A program made the position numbers and the translations under genes. A stretch of DNA of 64,000 nucleotides, taken from NCBI GenBank assembly GCA_964460615.1, contig CAYWPX010000001.1, positions 263,747-327,746 on the forward strand, given 5' to 3'. Shown here in pieces: positions 47,517 to 58,431 of this stretch (positions are counted from its first letter, which is position 1; each line of letters starts with the position of its first letter). Source of the DNA: an uncultured Planctomycetia bacterium (GTDB lineage Bacteria > Omnitrophota > Gorgyraeia > CAYWPX01). The notes beneath the pieces are model-generated. The model saw only the letters and a program-made list of their open reading frames with translations. It was not told where the DNA came from and made no database searches.

Positions 47517-49824
47517 ACTATTTAAGTTTAGAGTTTTTCAAGTATCGGTTAATATACTTCTGTCTGGTTTTTTGGCTCTAGTAGTTTTGGCCGGCTTTTA
47601 TATAAAGCCGGCATTTGCTGAAAAACCAAGGGCAAGTTTGGTTGTTTGGGCGATGGGCGCAGAAGGTATTAAGATCGGCGAGATGGCCAGGATTTTTGAA
47701 AAAGAAAATCCTGACGTAAAAGTTGTTACCCAGGCTATCCCCTGGGCAGCTGCTCATGAGAAGCTTATTACTGCAATTGCCGGAAATAATACTCCCGATA
47801 TAAGCCAGCTTGGAACAACGTGGATACCTGAATTTGTATCTATTGAAGCTCTAGCTGAGGTAAATACCTTTGTTGAGGGCCCGAGTTCAATAAAGCCGGA
47901 AATATATTTTTCAAGTTCCTGGAAGACCAATATAATTGATGGTAAGATTTACGGGATACCCTGGTATGTAGATACCAGGGTATTGTTTTATAGGACAGAC
48001 CTTCTCAAGGAAGCAGGTTATGATCATGCCCCGAGGACGTGGGAAGAGTTAGAGGATGTTTCTAAAAAGCTGACCAAAGATATTGATAATGATGGTAGGA
48101 TAGACCGCTATGCAATGAATCTCCCTGCGCGTGATTGGGGGCTTCTTTCTATGTTCATATGGCAGAATGGCGGTGATATCCTTGACTCAACATATAAAAC
48201 TTGCGTTTTAGATTCTCCTCAGGCAAAAGTAGCTGTAGATTTTTATCTAAGTTTTTTTAAGAACGGGTACGCCCCCCTTGAGACAGCAGGAGGTATTGAC
48301 GTTTTTAATGCATTCAGGACCGGGTATTTTTCTATGTTTGTCAGCGGCCCCTGGATGGTTGAAGATGTCCATAACCAGATCCCTGAAATTGAGGGAAAAT
48401 GGTCTGTAGCCCCACTGCCCAGAAAGATTACTGGCTCTTCTTTCGTTGGCGGTTCAAGCCTTGTAATATTCAAACAGTCGAAGAATAAAGCTTTAGCTTG
48501 GAAGTTTTTGGAATTTATGTCGAGGCCGGATATACAGGCAATCTGGTACGAAAAGACTAAGGATCTGCCTAGTGTTAAGGCCACTTGGGAACTTGATGTT
48601 CTTAGATCTAATGCAAAGATGGCGGTTTTTGGTGAACAGCTGAAAGATACCGTGACCCCTCCTCCTATACCGGAGTGGGAACATATAGGCGATATTATCT
48701 CCAAAAATATGGAGAGTTTTGTATACAAAAAAATCGATTCGGACAAATTTATCAAGGAAACCTCCGAAGAGATCACAACTCTTATTCAATATAAAAGGCC
48801 GGAACAAAGCAAATGGTTTAAGTTAGGAGTGCTTGGGTTTTTGGTAGTTTTGGTGGTCACTGCATTTATCCTGTATGTTAAATTAGGCCCTAAGGATGTG
48901 GGATTACCGAGAGAGATTAATAATGTTAAGGATTTTTTAAAAGAAGTATTTTTATTTCCGGCTCCGTATTTTTTTATTCTTCCAAGTGTAGTTCTATTTA
49001 TGATCTTTCTTTTTTCGCCGATATTCCTTTCTTTTATAATGTCAATGACTAATTGGGATATTACTTGTTTAAATAATACCTCAAATATTTCTTTTATCGG
49101 TATTTCTAATTATATAAAGTTATTCCATGACCCGCTATTCTGGAAAGCACTTGGGAATACTTTTATCTTTGTCCTGGTAGGCGCGCCTATTTCAATTATG
49201 CTATCTCTTTTGGCTGCCATAGCATTGAACAGCCAATTGGTCAAATTTAGGACTATTTTCAGAGTAGGGTATTTTGCTCCTGTTGTCACTACAATGGTTG
49301 CGGTTGCTATAGTCTGGAGATGGTTGTATAATCCGCAGTTTGGTTTAATAAATAATTTTTTATCTATGTTCGGGATAGGGCAGATAAACTGGCTTAGCGA
49401 TTCGAGATTTGCCATGCCAGCACTTATAATTATGGCGGCATGGAAAAATTTCGGGTATAATATGGTTATATTTTTAGCAGGATTGCAGGGGATACCTCAG
49501 CAGTTATATGAGGCAGCGGAGATCGACGGGGCATCCGGAACAGGCAAATTTTTTAACATAACAGTTCCGCTTCTTAAACCTGTTATATTTTTCATAACCA
49601 TTATGTCGACTATAGGTTATTTCCAGTTCTTCGATGAACCGTATATAATGACAGATGGCGGGCCTTTGAATAGTACTTTATCAATAGTTCTTTTTATGTA
49701 TAGGGAAGGGTTTAAGTATTTTCAGCTTGGCTACGCCTCCAGTATAGCATATGTCCTTTTCGGTATTATAGCTGCATTCTCGGTAATACAGCTTAAATTC
49801 AGCAAGACAAATTTTGAGTATTAA
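47500..49824 (+). CDS. Fusion of an ABC sugar solute-binding protein (family 1) with an ABC permease (MalF-type)
   Basis: N-terminal ~430 aa is an SBP_bac_1-like domain after a signal anchor. C-terminal ~340 aa has six TM helices and the EAA loop EAAEIDGASGTGKFFNITVPLLKP. Confidence 0.6.
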   Translation: MSILNRLFKFRVFQVSVNILLSGFLALVVLAGFYIKPAFAEKPRASLVVWAMGAEGIKIGEMARIFEKENPDVKVVTQAIPWAAAHEKLITAIAGNNTPDISQLGTTWIPEFVSIEALAEVNTFVEGPSSIKPEIYFSSSWKTNIIDGKIYGIPWYVDTRVLFYRTDLLKEAGYDHAPRTWEELEDVSKKLTKDIDNDGRIDRYAMNLPARDWGLLSMFIWQNGGDILDSTYKTCVLDSPQAKVAVDFYLSFFKNGYAPLETAGGIDVFNAFRTGYFSMFVSGPWMVEDVHNQIPEIEGKWSVAPLPRKITGSSFVGGSSLVIFKQSKNKALAWKFLEFMSRPDIQAIWYEKTKDLPSVKATWELDVLRSNAKMAVFGEQLKDTVTPPPIPEWEHIGDIISKNMESFVYKKIDSDKFIKETSEEITTLIQYKRPEQSKWFKLGVLGFLVVLVVTAFILYVKLGPKDVGLPREINNVKDFLKEVFLFPAPYFFILPSVVLFMIFLFSPIFLSFIMSMTNWDITCLNNTSNISFIGISNYIKLFHDPLFWKALGNTFIFVLVGAPISIMLSLLAAIALNSQLVKFRTIFRVGYFAPVVTTMVAVAIVWRWLYNPQFGLINNFLSMFGIGQINWLSDSRFAMPALIIMAAWKNFGYNMVIFLAGLQGIPQQLYEAAEIDGASGTGKFFNITVPLLKPVIFFITIMSTIGYFQFFDEPYIMTDGGPLNSTLSIVLFMYREGFKYFQLGYASSIAYVLFGIIAAFSVIQLKFSKTNFEY

Positions 49825-49827
49825 AAT

Positions 49828-50661
49828 ATGAATTCACCTCAAGCGAAAAAAATAAAAAGCATTTTAGCCACAACCGCAATTTTATTTACGGTTCTTCTGA
49901 CTCTTGCTCCTTTTGGATGGATGTTGTCGACATCCCTGAAGACCTCTCAGTCAATTTTTGCAATGCCTCCCAAGTGGATCCCTGACCAGGTTACGTTTGA
50001 GCATTATAAGTACTTATTTGAAAATATAAAGTTTTTTAATTATTTCAAGAATTCTATTTTTGTAGCCGTATCAATTATGGCGCTTAGCATGTTTTTTAAT
50101 TCATTGGCCGGTTTTGCCTTCGCTAAATATAAATTTCCCGGGCGTGAAAAGATATTTACTCTTCTCTTGGCGACAATGATGGTGCCGGGCCAGGTTTCAA
50201 TGATGCCGGTTTTTCTTATACTAAAAAAGCTGGGTCTTTTGAATACCTTTACCGGACTTATACTGCCGGCAGCAAGCGGAGTATTCGGAATTTTTCTTAT
50301 GAGGCAATTTATGCTTAGCATACCATCGGACCTTATAGATAGCGCGCGAATAGATGGTTGTTCAGAATTCAGGATGTTCTGGAATATTATGCTTCCTTTA
50401 TGCAGGCCGGTGCTGGCAACGCTTGCAATTTTTACATTTATGGGCGTATGGAATGAACTATTATGGCCATTGATTATCATGACGGATGATAAAAAATATA
50501 CCCTTACCGTAGCATTGGCTAATCTAAACGGACAACATAATACGGAATGGGGCCTTTTAATGGCTGGGTCTGTTGTCGTAGTAGTACCTATTCTCTTAGT
50601 GTTTATTCTTCTACAAAAGCAATTTATTAAAGGAATTTCGTTGACTGGCGTTAAAGGTTAA
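49828..50661 (+). CDS. ABC sugar transporter permease (MalG-type)
   Basis: Six TM helices; EAA loop SARIDGCSEFRMFWNIMLP. Confidence 0.75.
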   Translation: MNSPQAKKIKSILATTAILFTVLLTLAPFGWMLSTSLKTSQSIFAMPPKWIPDQVTFEHYKYLFENIKFFNYFKNSIFVAVSIMALSMFFNSLAGFAFAKYKFPGREKIFTLLLATMMVPGQVSMMPVFLILKKLGLLNTFTGLILPAASGVFGIFLMRQFMLSIPSDLIDSARIDGCSEFRMFWNIMLPLCRPVLATLAIFTFMGVWNELLWPLIIMTDDKKYTLTVALANLNGQHNTEWGLLMAGSVVVVVPILLVFILLQKQFIKGISLTGVKG

Positions 50662-50679
50662 CAATTCGGGCGTGTTGGT

Positions 50680-52779
50680 ATGCCAAAAAAAATAATCCTC
50701 ATATCAGTATTATCTTTTTTTCTCCCCGTTATTTCTATTCATTCCGCAGAAATCAATCTTAAATCAGGAGGCATTGTCTCCGGCGATATCTTAAGCCAGG
50801 ATAGTAAGGGCTATAAGGTAAAGGTTAAATGGGGGGAGGTTTATGTTGAAAAAGAGCTTGTAAACTCAATCTCCGGGATAGAAGATATAACTTTTAAGGA
50901 AGCCGAAGATCTATTCAAGAAAAAAGATTATCCTTCCTATATTAATAAGGTCGAAGAGATCCTCACGAACGGCCTTGACCGTAATTCTTCCTTTTATTCT
51001 TCTTTAATATCATGTCTTGGTGAAATCTATTGCGACACTCTTGACTATAAGATGTTATCAGGTTTAGTGGAAAAATTTCCGGATATTAAAAACGACCTTG
51101 AAAATAAAATATTCGTCATTGCTGATGGCATTTCTATCACTAGCCAAGAGGCCTCTGCCGTGCCGATTTTTCAGGCGTTTACAAGAGATTTCCCGTCTAA
51201 TGCGAATCGGCCGGGTTTATTGTTTAAAGTAGCTGAGTACTGTTTTAAAGTGGGGGATTATGATACCGCTATTGAAGATTATCTAATTATATTGGAATTG
51301 TATCCTACCTCGGCTGACAAAGAGGCTGCTTCGTTTAAATTGGGCCAGGCGTATTTAAAAAGGGAAAATTTTGATGAAGGGATAAAACAATTAAACAAAG
51401 CAAAGCAGATGTTCCCTCAAAGTAAATTTATTAACGAATCTGATTTTTTAGTATTTGCCTACTCAAAATATAATGATCCCAATGAAAAGATCGACAAGCT
51501 TTTCGAATTTATCAAGAGTAATCCGGATAGTCCGACTATTCCAAGCGCAATTGAGTTATTGGATAAGTATCTGGAAGAGTCAAAAGACGCAAAAAAATAC
51601 GACGATAAGATTAAGAATCTCTTATCCATCAACGTTTACGGCCTTAGTACTGAGCCTTCCAATAGGCTGAAATATCTGATAGCTAAAAGCAAGGTCGATT
51701 ATCTTAAAGAGCTGGTAGATCAAAAGAGATGGAATGAATATTCTGCCGCAAAAAATTCCTACGAAACAGATATAAATGAAACTCTCGGCAATATAATAAA
51801 GAGCAGTAAAGACCCGCTTTTAGTTGTTGATGCAAGCTATCTTATGCTTTATTTTGATAATGTTTTTCATAACCCAAGGGAGAAAGCCGATTTTGATAAT
51901 TTGAAAAAGGCGCTTAGTGAATATACAAGGTCGACAAGCGATTTTAATAAGATCAAGAAAATTGCAAAGAAATTTTATGATTATAAATTTTATGCATATG
52001 CTAAGGAACTGTATATACTTTACGCTATCGAAATTATGAACAAGGCTACTAATGTTGAGAGCTTGGCGGGCATCATCGGTTTGATAAATGAGTCTTCGGT
52101 TGATATGGATTCCAAGACAAATTTTCTATCAGATCTATTGGATATTTATTTTTCAGGGCTTTTAAAATTTAAGACTCAGGAGGATGCCGTTAGGGAGCTG
52201 GCAAATATCGGCGAATTTAATATTGAGAATGGTAATTGTTATGCTGCAAAAGCGATATATGAGATGTTATTAAAGGATAACAGAGCTGCATTACTGGATA
52301 AGGATTTTTATAATTTGGCTGTCTGCTATGATAATCAGAATAAGACCGACAAAGCTGTCTATTATTATAACGAAACCCTGACCAATTTTCCTTCCAACCC
52401 TTATTCCAAAAAAATTAATACAAGACTTGCAAAGTTCCTGAGGACTAATGATGAATACGAAAAAGCTATTCCTTATTACGAAGCGTTGTTTGACGGCGTT
52501 GAGGGGCCGGATTCACTTGAGTCCCAGTTTAACGAACTTATAAGCATGTATTTTCATCTAGGGAAGTACGATAAACTTGTATCATTTCTGGGGTTTATTA
52601 TTGATAAGTACAAAGGCACGAGATTAGCTCTAATTGCAAAATATCAGCTTGGTTATTATTATTACCATTTAGGTAATAATAATAAGGCTGTTGAACTTTT
52701 TAAGGATATTTCGCTTTTGCCTGATGATGGGGTCTATGTTCCTTCAGCTGTCGAGATGTTAAGCATACTTGGGGTATAA
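50680..52779 (+). CDS. Large secreted TPR-repeat protein
   Basis: Signal peptide; many TPR-like repeats (AxxxYxxG..., YYYxxTL...). Confidence 0.5.
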   Translation: MPKKIILISVLSFFLPVISIHSAEINLKSGGIVSGDILSQDSKGYKVKVKWGEVYVEKELVNSISGIEDITFKEAEDLFKKKDYPSYINKVEEILTNGLDRNSSFYSSLISCLGEIYCDTLDYKMLSGLVEKFPDIKNDLENKIFVIADGISITSQEASAVPIFQAFTRDFPSNANRPGLLFKVAEYCFKVGDYDTAIEDYLIILELYPTSADKEAASFKLGQAYLKRENFDEGIKQLNKAKQMFPQSKFINESDFLVFAYSKYNDPNEKIDKLFEFIKSNPDSPTIPSAIELLDKYLEESKDAKKYDDKIKNLLSINVYGLSTEPSNRLKYLIAKSKVDYLKELVDQKRWNEYSAAKNSYETDINETLGNIIKSSKDPLLVVDASYLMLYFDNVFHNPREKADFDNLKKALSEYTRSTSDFNKIKKIAKKFYDYKFYAYAKELYILYAIEIMNKATNVESLAGIIGLINESSVDMDSKTNFLSDLLDIYFSGLLKFKTQEDAVRELANIGEFNIENGNCYAAKAIYEMLLKDNRAALLDKDFYNLAVCYDNQNKTDKAVYYYNETLTNFPSNPYSKKINTRLAKFLRTNDEYEKAIPYYEALFDGVEGPDSLESQFNELISMYFHLGKYDKLVSFLGFIIDKYKGTRLALIAKYQLGYYYYHLGNNNKAVELFKDISLLPDDGVYVPSAVEMLSILGV

Positions 52780-52823
52780 TAGTTTAATTTCTTGACTTTT
52801 ATTAGTTCTAACAGTATAATTAT

Positions 52824-53282
52824 GTGAATTTTATGAGAATTATTGTAGTAATAATACTACTGCTATTAGCCGCAGTAACGTCTTATGCAGAAGCATGGAG
52901 AGTATGGGATCAAGGCACGCCTATAGTAGGTAGCATTAAGCCCGCCTATATTGAATTGAAGCCCGGAGAATTAACTGAGTTTAGTGTTTTTGTGAAAGAT
53001 TTTGATCATTGGGCAAAATATAAACTTTCCGGTCCTAAGGCATTGAAAGATCTGGTGGAAGAAGGAACTGTTGAGGATTCCATTAAACTGCCTGTTTGGC
53101 TATGTGATGGAGGGGTTTTTGTTGCGCAGGAAAAGCTCTTGATACAGTATAAAGCCCCTTTGGAAATAGGTGAGTATAACGTAACGGTTGTTATGGAAGA
53201 TATCGCTCTAATGCAACCTAACGATGAGGGCTCAAGGAAAGACGGCAAACTAAAATTGACAGCGAAGGTTTTAGTTAAATAG
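52824..53282 (+). CDS. Small secreted protein of unknown function
   Basis: Signal peptide; 152 aa. Confidence 0.35.
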   Translation: MNFMRIIVVIILLLLAAVTSYAEAWRVWDQGTPIVGSIKPAYIELKPGELTEFSVFVKDFDHWAKYKLSGPKALKDLVEEGTVEDSIKLPVWLCDGGVFVAQEKLLIQYKAPLEIGEYNVTVVMEDIALMQPNDEGSRKDGKLKLTAKVLVK

Positions 53283-53300
53283 GAATTTTAAGGAGATAAG

Positions 53301-55979
53301 ATGAAGAAAAATTTATTATTGATCGTGGTTTCAATAGGTTTGATAATAGGAGTTGCTTGGTTTATTAATAGCCCAAGGATTTCAACGCCAAAAGTTGACC
53401 ATAGGCCTTCTTCTGACAAAAGCAATATTGTATCTAATGAAAAGCCTGCAGCTATCAACCGTTTAGGTGAAACCTTAAATTATACTACAGGCGAATTGCC
53501 GGCACCTTTATTTAAATGGTCGCAGGGTACTAACTTTAAGCTTTCCAAGAATTCTTCCGGAAGGCCAATTTTTATAGACCCCGAGGGAAAGGAATTTTAT
53601 TCGATAGCAATGGTGTATGCTTATGGCCCTGAAAAAGGCGAATTCAGCAAGAAAAAATCTTTTGAAGATGTTGCCGAAGACCTTAAGCTCATTAAACTTC
53701 ATAATTATAATACGCTGGATCTGTATGGAGATGCCTACCTTGAAGAGATGCTTACATGGTGCGATGAAAACAATCTCGCTGTATACCTGAGGACTAGCTA
53801 TACTGATTTTGAAGGTATATCGAGGGAAAGGTCAGAGTTCCCCGATTTTATGGATAAGGATTTTAGAAACAATGTCAAACAGCATTTCGACCCCCTCTTA
53901 AATATAGTTAAGAATCATCCTTCTTTTCTTGCGTTTGATATGGACCAAAGGTGGTTGTTTGAGCTGGATTGGAATGGTTTTAAAAGATTCGCTGTGCCGC
54001 GCGTAGGCCCTAGCGGGATACAGTATTTCCCGAAATACATTGAGGACAAATATTCCGACATCGCAAAGCTTAATTCTCTTTGGGGTAAAAGCTATATAAC
54101 TTTTTCTGACATCTTAAGTGATGCGGAGATCATTAATTCAGGTGTATTTGTCGATTTAGATGCTAAGCCCTGGAGGGTAGATGTAGTAGAGTATACTCTT
54201 TGGACTATTAACGATTTTCTTAGCGATTTAAGCGTTTATATCAGGACCATAGCACCGCATCTCCTTATTACATACACAACAGAACTACCAGAGGTAGCGC
54301 CATTTCCTATATCCACGAAAGAGAACTCAGGAATGGATTTTATTTCACCAGTTCATTATAATAACTATGCTGATTTCGGCAGGGACTGGATCAGTAACGC
54401 AAAATTGTTGTTCAATCTGAAATTTCATTATGATCTATCCGGGCTTCCTTCATATATAAATGAAACCGGGTTCAGGACCTCACCATTGGATCAAAATCCC
54501 CCGATAACAAATTATGCTTTTGTCAAGAAAGGCGATGAGAGGCACCTAGCCGAGCTTTATTTAAGGCAGGTTACGGCTATGCAGTCATATCCCTGGCTTT
54601 GCGGTTGGGCTTATTTTATGCTTTATGATAAATGGCCAGAAGGCGACTTTGGGTATTTAAGAGATGATAGGTCATTAAAGCCTATTTCAAAACTTGGCCT
54701 CAGCATTAATAATAAACTTCCGATTAATTTTGAAATGGAAAAAGCTCCTGTTCTTTGGGTTTATTATCCTTCCTATGCGCTTGCAGCTGAAAAACCAGGA
54801 TTTACTCAGTTTAAATCCTTAATCATGTTTTTAGAGAACGAATTTCTGAATAGCTATGAACAATCTATGATAAGGGCAGAGAAATTGATCGATGACCCAT
54901 CAAAAATTGTAACAGAAAAAATCCTCAATAGGATACCGGAAGATTTTAATAAAAACTGGGTGCCTTTTAAATTTACATCTACTATCCCGAATGATGACCT
55001 TCCGATCATACTTGCCAGTGATGCGCTTATGATGCTGTCTACTGAAGACAGAGAGATCCTGGCAAATAAAAAGACTATTACTTTTGGCAAGATCGGTGTC
55101 TATGATGATAGATTTCAGAAAACAACGCCATGGTTTTTGGATGTTTTGAATATCAAGCCTCAGGACGAAAGTATCATAAATGTTACTCTGGATAAAAACA
55201 TTAATGATTCTTTGAATATTGCTGAGGCTACCGGATCAAATCCTGATTTAGCCAGCCCCTCAATTCCTAAAAGCAAAAGTATCTTCACATGCAAAAATTG
55301 TAACGTAAATTTTGAGTTTCCGGGAGTTGATAGTGGTGCACTTAAGAATGTCAAGGCTGACGGGCAGAAGATCGATGTTGAGGCGGGTATTTACACATCA
55401 GCCCATTTTCTTATAGCCAGTATTAATGGAGACATATTTACTACTATAGATCTGGGTTTTAATGATGGTTCTAAAGAAACGGTTAATCTAGGTAAAACCG
55501 TAGGCGACTTTAGGGCGGAACCCGCAAATGGCCATTCTGCATTGGAATTTGATTTGACTCAATATGTTGATGGTTTGCCTGTTGCAGGAAAAGCATATTT
55601 ATCGGATATCGAAGTGAATATTGGGTCAGACAAGATATTGAATTCCATTATATTGCCTAAAGAGAATGATGTCCATGTTTTTGCTATAACACTCGTAAGG
55701 AATAACGAAAATAAAGATTCCTCTGTAACGGTGAAGGGGCAGAATGGCTTGATTATTAGCGGCTTATCATATTGGAGAGCATCGCTTGATATAAATGAAG
55801 CAGACTATAATATTCTCGGCTCATTTAGCAGCGGCGAGCCGGCAATAGTACAGTCTAAGGACGGACGGCATACTGCATTTTTATATGATGCGCTTTCTTG
55901 GTTGGGAGCGAAAAATGAAATTAGTAGAGAGGCTGAGAAACACTCCGCAATTATTAAGAAACTTATTTCAACAAAATAA
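53301..55979 (+). CDS. Membrane-anchored protein, possible TIM-barrel glycoside hydrolase
   Basis: N-terminal TM. The middle region has a GH-like alternating beta/alpha pattern (HNYNTLDLYGDAYLEEMLTWCDENNLAVYLR). Family not identifiable by eye. Confidence 0.3.
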   Translation: MKKNLLLIVVSIGLIIGVAWFINSPRISTPKVDHRPSSDKSNIVSNEKPAAINRLGETLNYTTGELPAPLFKWSQGTNFKLSKNSSGRPIFIDPEGKEFYSIAMVYAYGPEKGEFSKKKSFEDVAEDLKLIKLHNYNTLDLYGDAYLEEMLTWCDENNLAVYLRTSYTDFEGISRERSEFPDFMDKDFRNNVKQHFDPLLNIVKNHPSFLAFDMDQRWLFELDWNGFKRFAVPRVGPSGIQYFPKYIEDKYSDIAKLNSLWGKSYITFSDILSDAEIINSGVFVDLDAKPWRVDVVEYTLWTINDFLSDLSVYIRTIAPHLLITYTTELPEVAPFPISTKENSGMDFISPVHYNNYADFGRDWISNAKLLFNLKFHYDLSGLPSYINETGFRTSPLDQNPPITNYAFVKKGDERHLAELYLRQVTAMQSYPWLCGWAYFMLYDKWPEGDFGYLRDDRSLKPISKLGLSINNKLPINFEMEKAPVLWVYYPSYALAAEKPGFTQFKSLIMFLENEFLNSYEQSMIRAEKLIDDPSKIVTEKILNRIPEDFNKNWVPFKFTSTIPNDDLPIILASDALMMLSTEDREILANKKTITFGKIGVYDDRFQKTTPWFLDVLNIKPQDESIINVTLDKNINDSLNIAEATGSNPDLASPSIPKSKSIFTCKNCNVNFEFPGVDSGALKNVKADGQKIDVEAGIYTSAHFLIASINGDIFTTIDLGFNDGSKETVNLGKTVGDFRAEPANGHSALEFDLTQYVDGLPVAGKAYLSDIEVNIGSDKILNSIILPKENDVHVFAITLVRNNENKDSSVTVKGQNGLIISGLSYWRASLDINEADYNILGSFSSGEPAIVQSKDGRHTAFLYDALSWLGAKNEISREAEKHSAIIKKLISTK

Positions 55980-56027
55980 TGGGTTCGACATTAATTAAAC
56001 AGGATTATTAGAAGGAGAGCTTACGTA

Positions 56028-57464
56028 ATGAAAAAAAATATATTTAAGATCGAACTGGTTCTGATCTTAGTAATATTTAATCTGCTTACTTTGAACGCTT
56101 TTGCTCAAAAAGAGGAGAGTGGTTTTATTCAAAATTTTTACATCCTGGGACCGTTCGAAGGTGATGACTTAGAGAGTAAGGCTATAGATAATGAGAAAGA
56201 ACTCGGTCCTTCTGACAATGATTTTTCAGGTAAGAAGTGGAGGGAATATAGTTTTACTGACAAAAGGTTAAATTTGCATGAGGCTTTTGGTTATATAGAC
56301 AACATTTATGGATATGTGTATTTTGAGGTTAATGCTCCGGAAAATATTTTTGTTAAGCTTTTAGTAGGCAGTGATGATGGCATAAAGATATGGGTAAATG
56401 GAAGAAATGTTTTCACAAATCCTGCTGCAAGAGCTCTCCATATTGACGAAGACAAGATTAATGTCCAACTTGTAAAGGGTGTTAATAAGATACTGATCAA
56501 AATAAATAATTATTATGGCGGTTATGAATTTAGTACAAGAATAACAACTCAAGACGGTAAAGAAATTCAAACATTATCGTATAACCCTAAAAATATTTAT
56601 TTGAAAAGATTGACCCCGGTAAAGATCGTAGGCTCAAGCATTCAGGGAGGGAAATGGGATCTTTATAATCCGATATTTGCCATTGATGGGGATCTGAATA
56701 CCAGATGGGCAAGTGCTTTTTATGATCCACAATTCTTGGAAGTTGATTTCGGTAAAAGCGTTTCAGTAAAGAGGATAAATGTTATTTGGGAAAATGCGTA
56801 TGCTAAAAAATATTCTATTGATATATCCGACGATGGTAATGAATGGAAATCTATATACTCTGAGGAAGCAGGAAGGGGCAAACCAACGCTTTTTTTGCCA
56901 TCAGGAGATGTTAATGCCCGATTTATTAGGCTTTTTTGCGCTGAAAAATCTACGGATTGGGGTGATTCAATCTGGGAATTTGGAATTTATGGGATTTCCG
57001 TAGATGATGACAGTGCCCCGTATCAGGAGAGGCTTAAAACAGTTAAAAGCGAAATACCGCAACCTATGAAAGTCGAATACATAGAGGCCTCATCCAACGA
57101 ACCTGGCAACCCTGAGAAAAATGAATATTTCAATCCGGAGTTCTCGATCGATAATGATTATGGAACCAGATGGTCTAGCGAGCACTCAGATCCTCAATGG
57201 ATACTTTTGGATTTAGGTAAAACAAGATCATTAAAGGAACTCGTGTTGGTTTGGGATGCTGCCTATGCAAAAGGCTATAAAGTGGAAATTTCTATTGATA
57301 AGAAAAATTGGACTATGATCGACTATACTAATGAGGGTAAAGGTCAAAGAGAAGTTATCAAACCAGAAAAGCCTTTGGAAGTTCGCTATATAAGACTTTA
57401 TTGTGATGTTAGGGCTACAGCGTGGGGCTACTCCTTATGGGAAATTCAACCTTTCGGAGAGTAA
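56028..57464 (+). CDS. Secreted protein with a PA14-like domain and two F5/8 type C (discoidin) domains
   Basis: GSDDGIKIWVNGRNVF is PA14-like. Two copies of IDGD.NTRW.S......W..VDLG......... .W...AYAK.Y.I..S.D...W. Confidence 0.6.
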   Translation: MKKNIFKIELVLILVIFNLLTLNAFAQKEESGFIQNFYILGPFEGDDLESKAIDNEKELGPSDNDFSGKKWREYSFTDKRLNLHEAFGYIDNIYGYVYFEVNAPENIFVKLLVGSDDGIKIWVNGRNVFTNPAARALHIDEDKINVQLVKGVNKILIKINNYYGGYEFSTRITTQDGKEIQTLSYNPKNIYLKRLTPVKIVGSSIQGGKWDLYNPIFAIDGDLNTRWASAFYDPQFLEVDFGKSVSVKRINVIWENAYAKKYSIDISDDGNEWKSIYSEEAGRGKPTLFLPSGDVNARFIRLFCAEKSTDWGDSIWEFGIYGISVDDDSAPYQERLKTVKSEIPQPMKVEYIEASSNEPGNPEKNEYFNPEFSIDNDYGTRWSSEHSDPQWILLDLGKTRSLKELVLVWDAAYAKGYKVEISIDKKNWTMIDYTNEGKGQREVIKPEKPLEVRYIRLYCDVRATAWGYSLWEIQPFGE

Positions 57465-57621
57465 GTTAGAGCCTAAAAAAGTTAGTTAATTTACTTGACA
57501 TTCTAGTATTTGAAATATATACTTAAGATGCTAATGCTACTACATATACTAACAAGTTTAAAAGAAATAGAAGTTAATAATGCAATATCAGTTGTTAAGA
57601 TTTATATTTAATGAATTTCCA

Positions 57622-57689
57622 AAAAGCATCATTTTAAATAGCATAAATAATAATCAGTTAATTTAGCTAGTTTAAAATGATGCTTTTTT
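57622..57689. repeat. Perfect 18-bp inverted repeat AAAAAGCATCATTTTAAA / TTTAAAATGATGCTTTTT with a 32-nt spacer
   Basis: Read directly. The right arm ends in a T-run. Lies ~55 nt upstream of the gene at 57745. Candidate terminator/attenuator hairpin. Confidence 0.5.
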
Positions 57690-57744
57690 AATTTTCTGCT
57701 ATGAGTAAAATAGCAGGTAACTTCATATAAAAGGAGAAGTTAAT

Positions 57745-58431
57745 ATGAAGAAAGTAACGATAGCAATAATGATTGCAGTTGCAATGATGACCCTTGTAAC
57801 TGTGCAGGCTAGCGCAGCGCCTGTAAAAGATGCAGATGCACTTTTGAGTGCTTTTGCCGAAGTTAGCACCATTCATACACTTCAGGTAGCAAAGAAGAAT
57901 ATTGCAGATGATTCAACTGCAGATGCAATAAACTTCGGGACAATTAATGGTAATGCAAATAAACTTGCCCCTCAGTACCTTGAAGTAACATTTGCTTCTA
58001 ACGAAGCAACATGGGGTATTAATATTTGGTCAGATTCTTCATTAGAACCAAACGCAGCAAATAAAGAATACAGCACCGGCGGTCTATATAGCGATACCGC
58101 AAAGAAGAGAGTTAATATCGTATGGCAGGCAGCTAGCGCAAAACTTAGCTTGACTGATCCAACAAATCCCGGAAGCAATTGGCCTTGGACATTTGTACTT
58201 GGTAAGAAAAATATCGATGACCCGGATACAGCAGATGTCGATGAAAGCTTTAATGGCCAGTATACAAAATATGCCAGAATCGTCAGCGGCTTGGGTACCG
58301 ATGCATTATATGGTAATGGTCAGCCTGCTACTACACCAATGTACGTTTATCTTGGCGCTATGTTCTCACTCGATAAAGCAACACCAGGTACATATGGTTG
58401 CACACTCGGTTTAGATCTCTATCACGAATAA
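57745..58431 (+). CDS. Secreted Ala/Thr-rich protein of unknown function
   Basis: Signal peptide MKKVTIAIMIAVAMMTLVTVQASA; 228 aa. Followed by the hairpin GTGGCGC...GCGCCAC at 58443-58472. Confidence 0.4.
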   Translation: MKKVTIAIMIAVAMMTLVTVQASAAPVKDADALLSAFAEVSTIHTLQVAKKNIADDSTADAINFGTINGNANKLAPQYLEVTFASNEATWGINIWSDSSLEPNAANKEYSTGGLYSDTAKKRVNIVWQAASAKLSLTDPTNPGSNWPWTFVLGKKNIDDPDTADVDESFNGQYTKYARIVSGLGTDALYGNGQPATTPMYVYLGAMFSLDKATPGTYGCTLGLDLYHE

